Origin: Pseudovirgaria hyperparasitica
Taxonomy: Eukaryota
DNA length: 64,000 nt
Assembly (NCBI GenBank): GCA_010093815.1
Contig: ML996569.1
Direction: 5' to 3' (one strand)
Part shown: in pieces, positions 22,811 through 35,000 of the stretch
Position numbering within the stretch: the first letter of the stretch is position 1
Layout: each line of letters starts with the position of its first letter
The notes under the pieces: generated by a model
Told to the model about the DNA's origin: nothing
Database searches by the model: none
The model's input: the letters and a program-made list of their open reading frames with translations, nothing else
Translations under genes and position numbers: made by a program

Positions 22811-25617
22811 CTACAACGCCGTTATGCTCTGGAAAAATGAGTTCTGCTGCAGCTTCTTGTTGTTCTTGACGAGATCCCGCAGGCTCTGCACCTGCTCTGC
22901 CTTCGTCAACTGTTTCTCGTCCACGTCCTTCTTCCACTTTAGTAGCACTTCCTTCAGCATCGCGCTACCTTCTTCCACTTCTTCTTTCGAGGCTTGCACA
23001 AAGTTCTCATCGTGCTTGGTGGTGAAGTCCTCGAGTTCATCCGCCTTTCGTTTCGCCATCTTGACCACTTTCTCTGGGAACCTGACCAGCTCGGCGACGT
23101 GGATACCAAAGGACTGGTCACACACACCTGGCTCGACTTTGTAGAGCAATGTGACTTCTCGTCTCTTCTGGGAACCTTCTTCTGCCTCGTTTATATGAGC
23201 AACAACGTGCAAATTTTGGACTTGGCTATACGTATCAACTAACGCGGTAAGTTCGTGGAAATGGGTCGCGAATAGTGCAAAGGCGCCAATCTCCTTGATA
23301 ATGTATTCCGAGATAGCCCAGGCGAGACCAAACCCATCATAGGTACTGGTACCTCGACCCAGCTCGTCGATGATAATGAGAGATTCTCGAGTTGCCGACT
23401 TTAGGATATTGGCAGTCTCAAGCATCTCTGCCATGAATGTCGACACACCTTTCAATTGCGAATCGCTCGCGCCAACCCTGGCGAGTATGCAGTCGACAAT
23501 TGAAAGTTCAGCCTCCGAGCAAGGAACAAAACAGCCGATTTGAGCCATCAAGGCAATGACTCCAATCTGTCGAATGTACGTTGATTTGCCGCCCATGTTC
23601 GGGCCTGTGATTATGACGAACTCTGAAGACCCCCTCTCGAGAGCCACGTCATTGGTAATGAAAGAGATATCGTCTTGCATCTCAAGACATGGATGGCGCG
23701 CTTCTTTGAGGACCGTATTACCCGTTCCCCTCGGATGCATCGTAGGTCGAACGTATGATGTCGGCGCATGGACGGAAACGTGGGCGAAACTGACAATAAC
23801 ATCCAAATGTGCAAGTATTCCGGCGAGCCGCTCAATAACCGGACAGTATGAAGATGCAACCTTCACAACCTCGCCAACCAGACCACTCTGGGTCCGATTG
23901 TAGTTGTCTGACAATTGGTCAAATTCTCGTCGGATGTTTTGCATAGTCTTAGTAGTGAAGTAGACACCATTCTTCTGTGTTGAGATCTCCTGGTATCCTT
24001 TCTTGTTGCGAATAACACCAGCTTCATTCCTAGTCAAACGAAAACACCAACCATGTTTGCTGTGTTGCTCGAGGTAGAGCTTCTTGTCGCGCTCTTGATC
24101 CAAGTCTTTACTCACGTCTTTGTGCTCTGCATTCATTTCATTTTTAAGCTTGTCTAGCTTCTTTCGAATGATGCGAAGTCCATCATCAAAATCTGGTTTG
24201 ATGATGAATTCGTGATTTTCCAGAGCATCCAGGTCCACAGTGGTCTCAACCATCTCTTGTAGTTTACCCAGAGCGTCATTGCACTCACGAAGCTTTGATG
24301 TGTATTCGACGTCAAGGGGATCCTTGTATGTCTCGTCCATAACACCATCGAGCGTGCCCAGAAAACCGGGCAACCGGATAGCGACCTGATAAGCGCGAAC
24401 GACGTCTTCTAGATTCGCGCCTTTACGTTGAAATTTCTTCGCTAGTCGATATAAGTCAGGTATGGCACGCAGATGCTCTTCTTGCATAGTTTGTCGTAAC
24501 TCCGTGTCTTCAACAAAAGCCTCGACTAGCTGCTGTCTTCTATTGATTTCCACGGCGTCCATGAGTGGTTGCTTTAGCCACTGGGCTAGGAGCCTACTCC
24601 CGACCGGCGTCTTGCAATGATTAAGTAGCCCGTACAAGCTCATGGTCTTGGATCCGTCTCGTGGTCCTGGCATCAAGTTTAACGCTTTGAGGGCCGCCGC
24701 GTCAAGCTTCATAAACTGCGATAGGTCATGCTGATATAGCTGATACTGTCCGAAGTTTGCATCATCAGACATGACACCGAGATATCTAATGAGAGCAGCT
24801 GCTGATCCCATAGCAAGCTTCAAGTCTGTTTGTGGCAGCTGACCTGCCGCATGCTCATCTCTCAACAGTCTTTCGAGATCTTGCTCGATGTCTCGTGTCG
24901 CAAAATCTGAAGCTCCTCTTTCTGATACAGCGCAACCACAGTTGTCCGCGATCAACCGCAACTTGCCAAGCTCGACATCTTTCTTCGCTGTATCCGCTTG
25001 TATCAACACTTCTCGTGCACCAAGCTGGATGAGCAGACTTTCAAAATTTGAATACAGGTCATTGTCGAGGAACTCGCTGACACCAAGCTCTTTCACACTC
25101 GCGTCTGCAAAGCAAACGCCGACATTTCTTGCTTCGTTCGCCCTCGCCGATACTTTGACCGCCAATATGATCGGAGCCGTGTCAAGCTGTCCCCCAAGCT
25201 CTTCTTCTATGTCTTGCAGATTGCCCGGCGATGCCTGTTTCTCGACTTTCCATGAAGAACGACCTGAAGAGCCCCAGATCTCGACACGCTTGCCTAATCT
25301 GAAAAGTGCTTCGCGGAGGAAGCTTCGGAATACGGTGATAGATAGGGTGACTGATTGGAGGCCAGGTTCGCGGCCAAGGGTCTTGATGACTGATGTTGTT
25401 CGGTAAACCTTTAAAACATTAGAACATGCGCAGCATATCTGTATAGCTTCAAATGACATACTGTGCGGGCGATAAAGATTGCATCTTCCCCGTGCGCTGT
25501 GTAGAAGTCTCCCCGATTGAATATTCTCACAGTGCCGTTACCGTCGTCCGAGAGGCTGCGAAAGAATTTTATAAACCCGACTTCATCGTCGACTTTTAGT
25601 TCTGGTCGTGACGCCAT
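22811..25617 (-). CDS. MSH2: DNA mismatch repair protein Msh2
   Basis: MASRPELK...RGDFYTAHGEDA, ASPGNLQDIEE, ITGPNMGGKSTYIRQ (Walker A), IIDELGRGTSTYDGFGLAWAI, FATHFHELT, QSFGIHVAEL. Intron 25461-25409. Confidence 0.98.
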
Positions 25618-25693
25618 TGTGTGCGAGACCTGAGGCGAAGATTTGTTGTGCAATCAGTCTATTGCTCATCGACGTGATCTCATATGATGGACG

Positions 25694-25733
25694 ACGCGTC
25701 GCGCGACTATCGATTACTCCGGACGCGACGCGC
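25694..25733. promoter_or_regulatory. MCB (ACGCGT/CGCG) element cluster in the MSH2 promoter
   Basis: ACGCGTCGCGCG...ACGCGACGCG about 80-115 bp upstream of the MSH2 ATG. Confidence 0.7.
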
Positions 25734-26485
25734 TATTTCTGATTCGGGTCTAGCGTTCTTGACCTCATCACCAAGTGATAGCTCTGAAACTTTACCGGGG
25801 TCATGACTCTCCAACAGAGATGTGTGGGTTGGAGCCTTCCTGGTGAATGTGCTGAGTTTTCGGCTTTCTGGAGACCGAACTGTGCCGTATGACAGGTTAT
25901 ACCTGAGCCATCAAGGGAAGAAACTGATGCTACATGGCAAAACGAGTAACGTATATACGAAGAGTGAAGATAGCGCCATGAGAATCGTAGGCCATGCACC
26001 TTTTCCCATGGCTCTTTTGCATTTTCCAAGTGCATCCTCAGAGCCCTCGGGTCCAAAGAATGTTGGACCCTCAGTTCTGCGGGAGATCCAGTACTACCAT
26101 AGTCGAGCAGAATCAATGGTCCTCATTTCAATCCAGCACATACACACAAGCCCTTGGCTGAGCGCGCGTCCCTTTCATTGGGCTAACTCACGGGGTACTA
26201 ATGATGAACAACATTCACTTGAAGAGATTTTGAAAGGGAGATTTTGAGAAAGGGATACATTCAAACCTTCACGGTCAGGCTGTGAGATATATTTGTAACT
26301 CCTTAATTGGTCGTCTACTAGGCCAGCTAGTCTACGTTGTGTTCGTACACAGCCTGGAAGAGCGTCAAAGAGGTACTGGACCAGTGCTGAGCGAAGGCTT
26401 TAGAGTAGCCAATTGTTCCACTCGGGTTAAGAGGCCTGGGTGCCGCAATGTTGCGTTTCAGCGTGATCGCTATCTGTGTAGCTCT

Positions 26486-27028
26486 TTATGCTGCCTCCTT
26501 TTTCCAGACCCAACCACCGTCAGCTTCCCCCACAATCTTAATGTTGGTCTTGACCGGGTGTAAGTCAGTCGAGCCTCCCTCAGTCCGCTTTTCAACACCA
26601 TGCCCTTCCCATGACATTTCATTTCTCAACATCATCACCCTGCGCTCGTATGTGACCGAAATGCCCCTCTCCCTTGTTTTCATAGTCATAGTCATGCGGT
26701 TTACAAGTCCCTGTGGCCCCTCTCCAAATGCTCCTATGCATTTCCACTCGTACCCGTATTTGTCGATCTCGAGCCACTCTGTCTTCCAGATAACTTTAGT
26801 GGGATTTCCTTGCTCTGCTGCATTCACTCCGTCGGGACCTAGCTTGCAGCCGTGACAAGCCCACGTGCCCTGGATAGCCTCTGGAAAAGCTTGTGCAGCA
26901 TCTCTATAAGGGTCATCAAGACTTCCAGCCGGGCCATGCGCATGTTCAGCGGAGCACCCAGCGCATTCAACTCTTCTGGATTTGTACGAACCGCTTTTCA
27001 CTTTCGGCCACTGCCTGATGCTTGACAT
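26486..27028 (-). CDS. Hypothetical protein (180 aa) with two CxxC motifs
   Basis: Intronless ORF with CAACC-ATG start context, TATATAAA ~165 bp upstream (27192-27199), and CAGC...CHGC. Confidence 0.6.
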   Translation of the reverse strand: MSSIRQWPKVKSGSYKSRRVECAGCSAEHAHGPAGSLDDPYRDAAQAFPEAIQGTWACHGCKLGPDGVNAAEQGNPTKVIWKTEWLEIDKYGYEWKCIGAFGEGPQGLVNRMTMTMKTRERGISVTYERRVMMLRNEMSWEGHGVEKRTEGGSTDLHPVKTNIKIVGEADGGWVWKKEAA

Positions 27029-28064
27029 GGTTGCGTAAGAGCTTTGGGCCGGGAAAGCTATGGTCTGATGTTCGGTATGTTTCTAAGATGTTATATGGTA
27101 GAATGGTTCGACGTATGTTCGAGTTTCAGGAGTTGGAAGTAAAGGTTTGAGCCGTCGAGGACCAGGTGTCGAAAAGCATACGCTGAACTCGTTTATATAT
27201 CATATCCCTCGTGATACCAGCCGTGAAAACTTGTCGTAGAACAAGGGATATTGCTTTGTCTTCACGACTCCGTGGTCAACATGTAGTCACGTACAATCTC
27301 AGATCAGGGAATGAATACCTTGCTTGGAATGGCTTTGTCCTCACTTAGCACCAGAGACTCCAGTGTAACAGTCCGTTGCCTTTGCTTCCTCATTTTTCGT
27401 AACCTCTTCGTCTGACTGAAGTACTACAATGTCTCGGTCTTCTTTGGATTGCACCAGAACAATGAGCTGATTGGTATACTTGTTCGACTGTCTATGGAAC
27501 GAGATATGCAATATCTCAAATCTTCCTTCTTACATCTTCTAAGGCATATCCCATGACCTCATGTAAATCCTTTGTCGTTATAATGGGCACAATTGCTGCA
27601 TGTAGTCACTGACACCCAAGCTAGCTGGAACTATCAGTGAACAGTCCCTATAACTCTTCCGTATCTTTGTCGCGAACCTCAGGCAGGTTTCTAATCTTTC
27701 ACAGGGTTGACGATCGGAATCTCGAAATGCTCAAGGCGTGAAGCAATACAAGAAACAAAGACTTAGTTAACAAAGTATGCTAAGAATGTATAAGTACACA
27801 GTGAGCTACGCGCTATCTATGCTACATATTGGCACCCATGATCAGATTTGACGTCACAAAATTAAGTTCATGTACGATGGAGTCTTTCAATCGACTTTAT
27901 TTAGATTTTGACATACGACATCATCATATGTCATACATCATATACGCTCGCCTACTGTAGATGCAGTTGTATTTATGTAGTGTCTCGATGACATTTGATC
28001 CGTGGGCAGATACGTGCAGATCCACTCAAAGCTCTTCATTCATCATGCCCGTGAATGCTTCCAC

Positions 28065-29057
28065 TCATGGAATGTCACTACTGAACACAGACTTGACTGT
28101 GGCTATATCGAGACTGACATACGCCATCTGCTTCGCATTGAACCACCCACTCAAGGTGTTCTTCCACTCGCTATCCTTGACCTTGCTCACGCCGCGAAGC
28201 TGCTTTGCATAGTCCGCTGAACTGTAAAGCTCTATAGCAGACGCAATAGCATCATACTCGGTGTCAAGTGGTAACGAGTTACACAACTCGTGGTAAAAAG
28301 CATCGGTGTTCCAGCCTATGCCAGCGATGAAAGGCTTATACGAGTCGTAGTGATCGCAGATGTACTCGCGATTGTCCTGGGTGGCAGCGGCGAGGAAGAT
28401 TGTGCGGGCAGTAAGAGTCATGGTCGTCTCTTGGTAGCCGGTGACCAAGGTCTGATTGGCGACAAGGACAGGAGTATTTGGATCGTATGCTTGCGCCGTG
28501 TTGGCAAGCTTGCACACACTAGCGATGGGATCAGCCTTGGTAGTGACAACACCAAAGGCATTAAGCTTGTCATAATCTAAATTTTTGCATAAATATTCGT
28601 AAATGACGAAGAGCGGAATTCCGTGCTTCTGTGCGAAAGAGCTTAGAATCTGGTTGGTGAAGATGTCCGAGGCAGACTGTTGAATAGTATTGATGAGCCC
28701 GGGAATGCCCGGGATCGGTCCAGCCGCAGCATTACAGAGTTCGGCGCGGAGGGCGTCGTTGGCAGGCACGGAAGTAAATTTAGTCCAGTCCGCATAGAGG
28801 GAGTCGGTCTTGCAGAGATATGACAAGTCGGCCTGGTTGCGAGAAGAGCCAATCACCAAAGCTCCAAGTGTCTTGGAGAGCGCGATCTGGACAGAGGTGC
28901 GGTTGGCAGCCGCTTGTAAGGTCAGACAGAATAAAGTAGTTGACAGATCATATTTTTACTGACCGATAGCAGGACCTGCCTTAGGATTTACCTCGCGCCG
29001 GCTCAAGACCGCCGCCGTGACTGTGAGAGCGAGAGTGGATAGAAGAGCGAACTTCAT
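28065..29057 (-). CDS. Secreted protein with three internal two-cysteine repeats (effector-like)
   Basis: Signal peptide MKFALLSTLALTVTAA then VLSRR. An intron at ~28963-28913 (GTCAGT..CTGAC..AAG) joins it in frame to the 28065-28859 ORF. TATATAA upstream at ~29221. Confidence 0.8.
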
Positions 29058-30153
29058 CTTTCTGATAAGAGTTTGAGTACAGTTCAAGTACGTGGATGCT
29101 GAAATCTTTATGCTGATATGGCAAAAGCAACAGGACGCACCACTAGGAAAGACTCTATGAGGTCGAGTGTTGTGAATGTCGAGTTGAGAAGAGAGTAAGG
29201 AATCTGGCGAGATTCGGTACTTATATACTTTCTCAGTGAGCCCAGCAGCGATCACATGGTGCGTTTTTCGGGTTGAGAAGCAGTTGCCGTACGCGATACA
29301 TCAATATACGCCGAAGCTACGGCCATGGTTGTTGCGGTCAGGCATACTTGGGACGTCTTGAAGGCGCGTAACGATTGGAAGATCAACGTGAGGCAAAATA
29401 GGCTGAAACGCGCAGAAAGGTTTGTGTGTTCCGTGTATGACTTTGGGATTGTTTATGACTACAGTATTCAGTAATGGAACGGACGCAAAAGTCTGGCACG
29501 CCGCTATTGAGGACGAGGATAATCGGATGGAGTTGAGCCTTACATCAAGTCAAGTAAGGTCGTCGATCCCTGTCGTGCAAGGAGGCATTAAACTGTAAAG
29601 GTACCCGCACGATGCATCATTTCGCTTTGTGCTACCCGACCATACGACAGAGCAATCACTGCTGAGCCCCTAAAGTAATCACTTTTTCAATTCCTGAGGT
29701 GGTGAGGCGCCGAGGAGAGAGAGATAGATTGACAGATGGAGAAAGAGCTTCACCATCCTACACATCATCTTAGTTTCCAGAATACCCTTTGACCTCACAC
29801 AAGGCCTTCCAAGCACATCATGTTTCCAGTATATACACCACAGCTCCTTCAGAAATTAGATCGCCGTGACGAGAGGGGGTATCAGAAATCTCATAAGCAA
29901 CCCATCCGCCATTGCAACACAGCCCAGTGCGCTCAAATGTTTGGACCAGGCCAATCCGGTTGCCGTGTCTATATTATCTCAGAACGCCGGGACATGCCAA
30001 AACCAGTAACCCAGAGAGAATGTAACATGCGGCGCATATATAAACAATAAAGACCTTAAGGCTTACAGCCCCAAAGCTGGCCTGTCTTCAACGCCGTGAT
30101 GCAATATGATATAGTAGTCGTAAGAAATGAAGGGATATAACGCAATCTAGACG

Positions 30154-31609
30154 TCAGTCGCCGATAGCCAGGATGTCGTCAAGTGCAGAGTGCAACGCGT
30201 TCTGATCGACGCTTGCCGCACCCTGCCACCCAAAGTCCTGTGCTTGCTCGTCAATATCCATGGCATCACCATTTGTCAAATGGTTGTTGATAGTAGCCTT
30301 GGGAGCTTGTGCTACTCGCTCAGCCCTTTGTGCAGTTCTTTCGTCAGCCTTCTGCTCCTCAGGATCTGCCCAACCACTAGCCATTATCTGGCCGGCGAGG
30401 AGCGGCACGGCCCCAAGATATGGGTCACCAAGTTGTACTGCAATCTTGAGGTCACTCATGTTGAGCGGCTTACGCTGGTGATTCGCTTCGACTTCGGCGG
30501 GAAGCAGGCCCACAGCATTCTTTTGAATTTCACCTCTCATCCACATATCCTCCTCTTTCTCTAGTTGGCGCTTGAATGTGCCTGTTCTCACAAAATTCTC
30601 GCCGTTAGTCGCTACCCGTCCGATGAACGATGAAAGTGCCTCCTTGATGTAGAACTCGGCCGCGAGGCTCACAAATTCCGCTGCCCCTGCTGCCGCTCCA
30701 TTGGTGAGACCTTCTTCGTAACATATGGGAACCATCCGCGCTTGGACAGTTTCAGGATCGGGAAATTCGTTTGTTTCGACGAAGAGTGGTTGGTTGTATC
30801 GTTTTCGGATCTCTGGCTCCCAGTCTGTTACATAGTATAAGCAAAGCTGATGCTACTCGCGAACCTGAGAGCACTCACTTGTTTTACTTGCGAACCCGCC
30901 AGCGGAAATCGCAGTAGCATCTGGTAGCCGCAGATTCCGAGCTTGATGATACTCGTCCATTGTGCGTGTGAACATGTCAAATGGGTCCTGCATGCTATTG
31001 TTAGCTCAGTCCAGTATTCTTGTGCGTGATTGCACCTCTTGGATCTGTTTCAGCCTCCGTCTTTCTCTACCAGTTAAGGCCATGACCTCCGTTTTTAATC
31101 GTTGTTCGGCTCCATCTCCCGATGTTGGCTTCGCGACCAGTGTAGGTTTATCATTTGCAGATACCCAATTGGCAACACCTGGTTCGGGAGGATCGCGTCC
31201 AGCATTGCCGTATACAGCAGCTATGAATTGATTGTGGAGGTGCACTCGTTGTGCGTTGACACCTATAAACGGAGTCCGCCTCGAGAGTTCGTCCTGGTTG
31301 AGGGATCCTGGTTGCCAGGCAGTTGCATTAGCTTCCTGTGTTCATGAGAGAGTTATGGTGTCGATGGGATCTTGAGCAGTATTCACCTAAGACGAACAAG
31401 CTGATTGCTTCTTTATAGAGAGCCCAATCGTGCGCTCCGAGCGCAGATTGAAGCGCAGTGTATATAGGTTCTATGTCGATCCGCGGGGCGGTTACTATAG
31501 GCTTGGAGGGTTTGGTCTGAGGCGTGGTAGAGTTGGGGAGGGATTTGGAGGGTAGTATGGGAGTCGACATATTATTGAGGAGCTGTTCTGTGCGCACGAC
31601 AGTCGCCAT
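30154..31609 (-). CDS. ADA1: SAGA complex subunit Ada1/Hfi1 (SAGA-Tad1)
   Basis: APRIDIEPIYTAL...W..YKEAISLFVLG/SLNQDELS, HLHNQFI, RLKTEVMAL..RERRRLK, RMVPICYEEGL, AAEFYIKEAL. Three introns near 31386, 31036 and 30878. Confidence 0.88.
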
Positions 31610-32055
31610 TTTAATGCTGAGCAAGTCTGGTGAGGGAACAATGCGACGTGACAATGCGGACTGGGACGGGCGGCGCAACGCCGTATGGCGCACTTTAAGG
31701 AAGCGCAATCCTAGGAAAATGTTGGAGATGAACTCAAATGTCTCTCTGAATTGAAAATGAAATGTATTGATGATGAAGGAGATGGAACCTGTCGCGATCG
31801 CAGGCACGCTATACACAGTATGCGGAGGTAAGGTCAGGTCTGTCGTTTTAGCGTGAAATGGAACCGTCCACCCATGCATGAGGTACCAGAATCTTTGACA
31901 CGGCACGCATAGTTCTCCGAAGGAAACAAAATAGTCATTGAGCAACATAGTGGATGCCGAATTGAATTTCGACAGACTTTAGATCTAAATGACCATAACG
32001 CTCGTTGTATGCCTTTTTGTACCCTCACTAACCATCACTCGTATGCTCACGGACG

Positions 32056-35000
32056 TTAATCGTCGCGAAGGGCACTTTCACCCAAGTCAACTTTGCCAAC
32101 GCTCCAAACTTCTCTCTCATCTTCCTTCTCATCACTAGACAAACCAAGCCCCCCATGGCCACCTTCGGCTTCTTTTCTCTCCCTGGCCTGCGTCCCCAGC
32201 CGCGTTGCTACTCTTTTAAAGTAATCTTGCATGCTTCGCTTCTGGTTGGGGGCCAGGCTCGAACCTGGACCTGCCATGTACTTATCAAATACTACAGTCT
32301 CTTCTTCCACAACCGAGAATATCTCTAAGAACGCAGCCTCTGCGGAGAGTTTGATGGGGATGACCGGATCTCGCACACTTGCAAATATGGGCGGCGCAAG
32401 CAGTGGGAGATGAGGTCTGACAACATCGCTGTTTTCTCGAGCCACCGTACGAATGACCACAAGAGCGAGTCGTCTAGTATCGACAGGATTTCCAGGCTGT
32501 ATGATCGGCGCAAGTGCTTCGAACAGCGGTTTGACTGCATCGAAATTTTTGTTGCTTGATTCGGTCAACAAATATTTACCTGCTGCCAATACGCAATTAT
32601 CGACAATCTCTGGTTGCTAAAAGCCATTAGCGATGGTCCGTTAGGTGTCGAAATGGCGCTTACTTTGTGCTGAATCCCGGAGCTGATTACTGTTACAGTC
32701 TCTTCTTCGAAATCTCTGGTAAGTCTAACGGCAGCATCGAGCAGGACAGCATTGAGGTCAAACACCGAAGATCTTGTGAACTGCGTCGTAAGGACGCGAG
32801 ACTTGAGGAGCTTTTCCACCGCATCCCCCTGAACAACCTTCACCAAAGCGCCAAATAGTCGAGCGTTGGTTATCGCTGTTGCTTCATCGTTATCACACTC
32901 ATCGGCATCTATCAGACCAAGAATGAGATTTCTTGAGGCTTCATTCATGTTACTGCCTGCCTTACTGACCACTTCAAACAACGCCTTGAACATCGCGTTC
33001 CTGACTCCGGTGTCGATCGTCTTAGCTCCAGTGACAAGCTCTGCTATCAAAGGATCGATACGTGGTGTTAGTGTGATGAGGGTACCTAAAGCCTTCGCAG
33101 CTCGAGTGCGAAGGACGTCGCTTGATGTATCGGCCAATGACTTAGCGAATGTGCGTTGCAGCTGTGGCAAAAAAGGCTTCAGTAGCGTTGGTATCTTCTC
33201 GAGAAGGTTATTCAGGGTGAACAAGATTGCAGCTTTGACCTCCACAGAACGTTCAGAAACGACGCGGATAAGAGGGCCAGTGATTTGAGTAACGAAGGGT
33301 CGTAGAGCATCTCCATTTGTCCGATCGACGATGTCTGATATCGCCAGAGCGGCTTGCTCACGCTGGGTCGCCGTACCATTCATGAGACCTTGCAAGAATA
33401 TAGGCAATATGGCATTTATACCCTTGGGTAAAGAGAAGCCTGGAAGGTTGGATCCTTTGACACCAACGTGGTTTAGGACTTGGCGCGTTGAAATGACCAA
33501 GGAATCCATTTCCTCTTTTCGCAGTCGCTTCGTCAATTCACTGAGCGCGGCCCAGGCTGCCTTGACGACGTCTTTGTCGCTGTCGTCAAAAGAGACAAGC
33601 AGAGCTGAGATTAAGCTCTCGTGGTACCGAGCAATGTCTATGTCGGTACGCGCAAAGAAAGCGGATAGATGCAAGTCTGCGGTGGCTCGTCTACGGTGGT
33701 CGTCATGCTTGACCAGGCCTAGCATAACGCTCATGGCAGTATTAAGCCCATCATATTCATCCACAGAGAGCAAAACAGTATCAAATGCTGAGCTGAGTTC
33801 TCTCCTCAAATCCTCGTCCTTAGTGCTTACTATGTTTTCAATAAGCGCATTGATGATGTTGGGTAGGCGCCGCGTCATGGTGTGTCCGGCGACTTCAGCG
33901 AGGGAAGCAATTGCGCGTGCATTGAAAGCAGTCATTGGTGTTGTTAGAAGGGTCGGAAGTAGCGTCGGGAGAATGATGTTGGATCTCATGTTGTCCGTCA
34001 ACAAAGTGAGCAACGCAGAAAGGGCATTTTGAGCGTCATCCTCGTTACGCAGAAGGTTGAGGAGATAGGGCAGGACTTGATCGACGGCTTTCTTCCCTAG
34101 AATACGCTGCAACGAGTCGAATGCTTCTGCTGCAGCTTCACGGACCTCTGAGTCTGAGTCCACAAGTGCCGTTCGAACGACAGAAATGAGTGTTTTCTCG
34201 TACTCCTCAAGAACCTCAGTCGACGCGGCAGAAATGAGTTCCTTAAGCGCTATACAGATGCCTTGCTTGGCATCGCTGTCCGTGGTGTGAAGTCCCTCTT
34301 CTAAAGTAGGTAGAAGGCTTGCGAGAACACCTTCACCAGCTTTGCGAATAAGTTCTCCGAGCGCATTGCCCGCAATAACCTTTTGCTCCATATTGGAACT
34401 CGCAAGGCGGCGAATGAGCAGCTGAGTAAGAGTCGGAATAAGCTCACGGAGTATACGAGGAGTAGCTACCAAAGCCTTCCAGACATTGATGGCGGCGCTT
34501 CGTACAAGACCAGAAGTATCGCAGCGGCATATATACAGCGCAGAGAGAACCTTGTTGCGTTTGTCTTCCCCGAGAACTTCAAGAAGAGACTGTCCGGCTT
34601 CTTTCGCGCCTTCTTCGGCTTCTTCTTCCTCTGTAGAGCCTGTGATACCTGTGAGGTTGAACAGTAGATCTCCAACAAGCTCGACTGAGCTAAGACGGAT
34701 CCGGTGGCTATCATCAGCCAAACCACGCTCAAGTTCGGGCAGTAGTAGGTCGATTGCTTTGCTTGAGAAATTCTTGACAAGTAGTCGTCCAGCTCGTAGT
34801 GCTGTTTCACGAATCGTCTCGTTGTCATCTGCAAGACCGCCGAGTATTGAAGGAATGATTTTGCTGAGGTAATTGGCAAAGCTGTTACCAAAACAGGCAG
34901 GTAAAAAGATGAATAGAGACATGAAACCTTCTCTGACTGATGACTTTGAGCTCTGTACATTTTGAAGAATCGATGGCAAGGTCTCTTCCAAACGAGCCGT

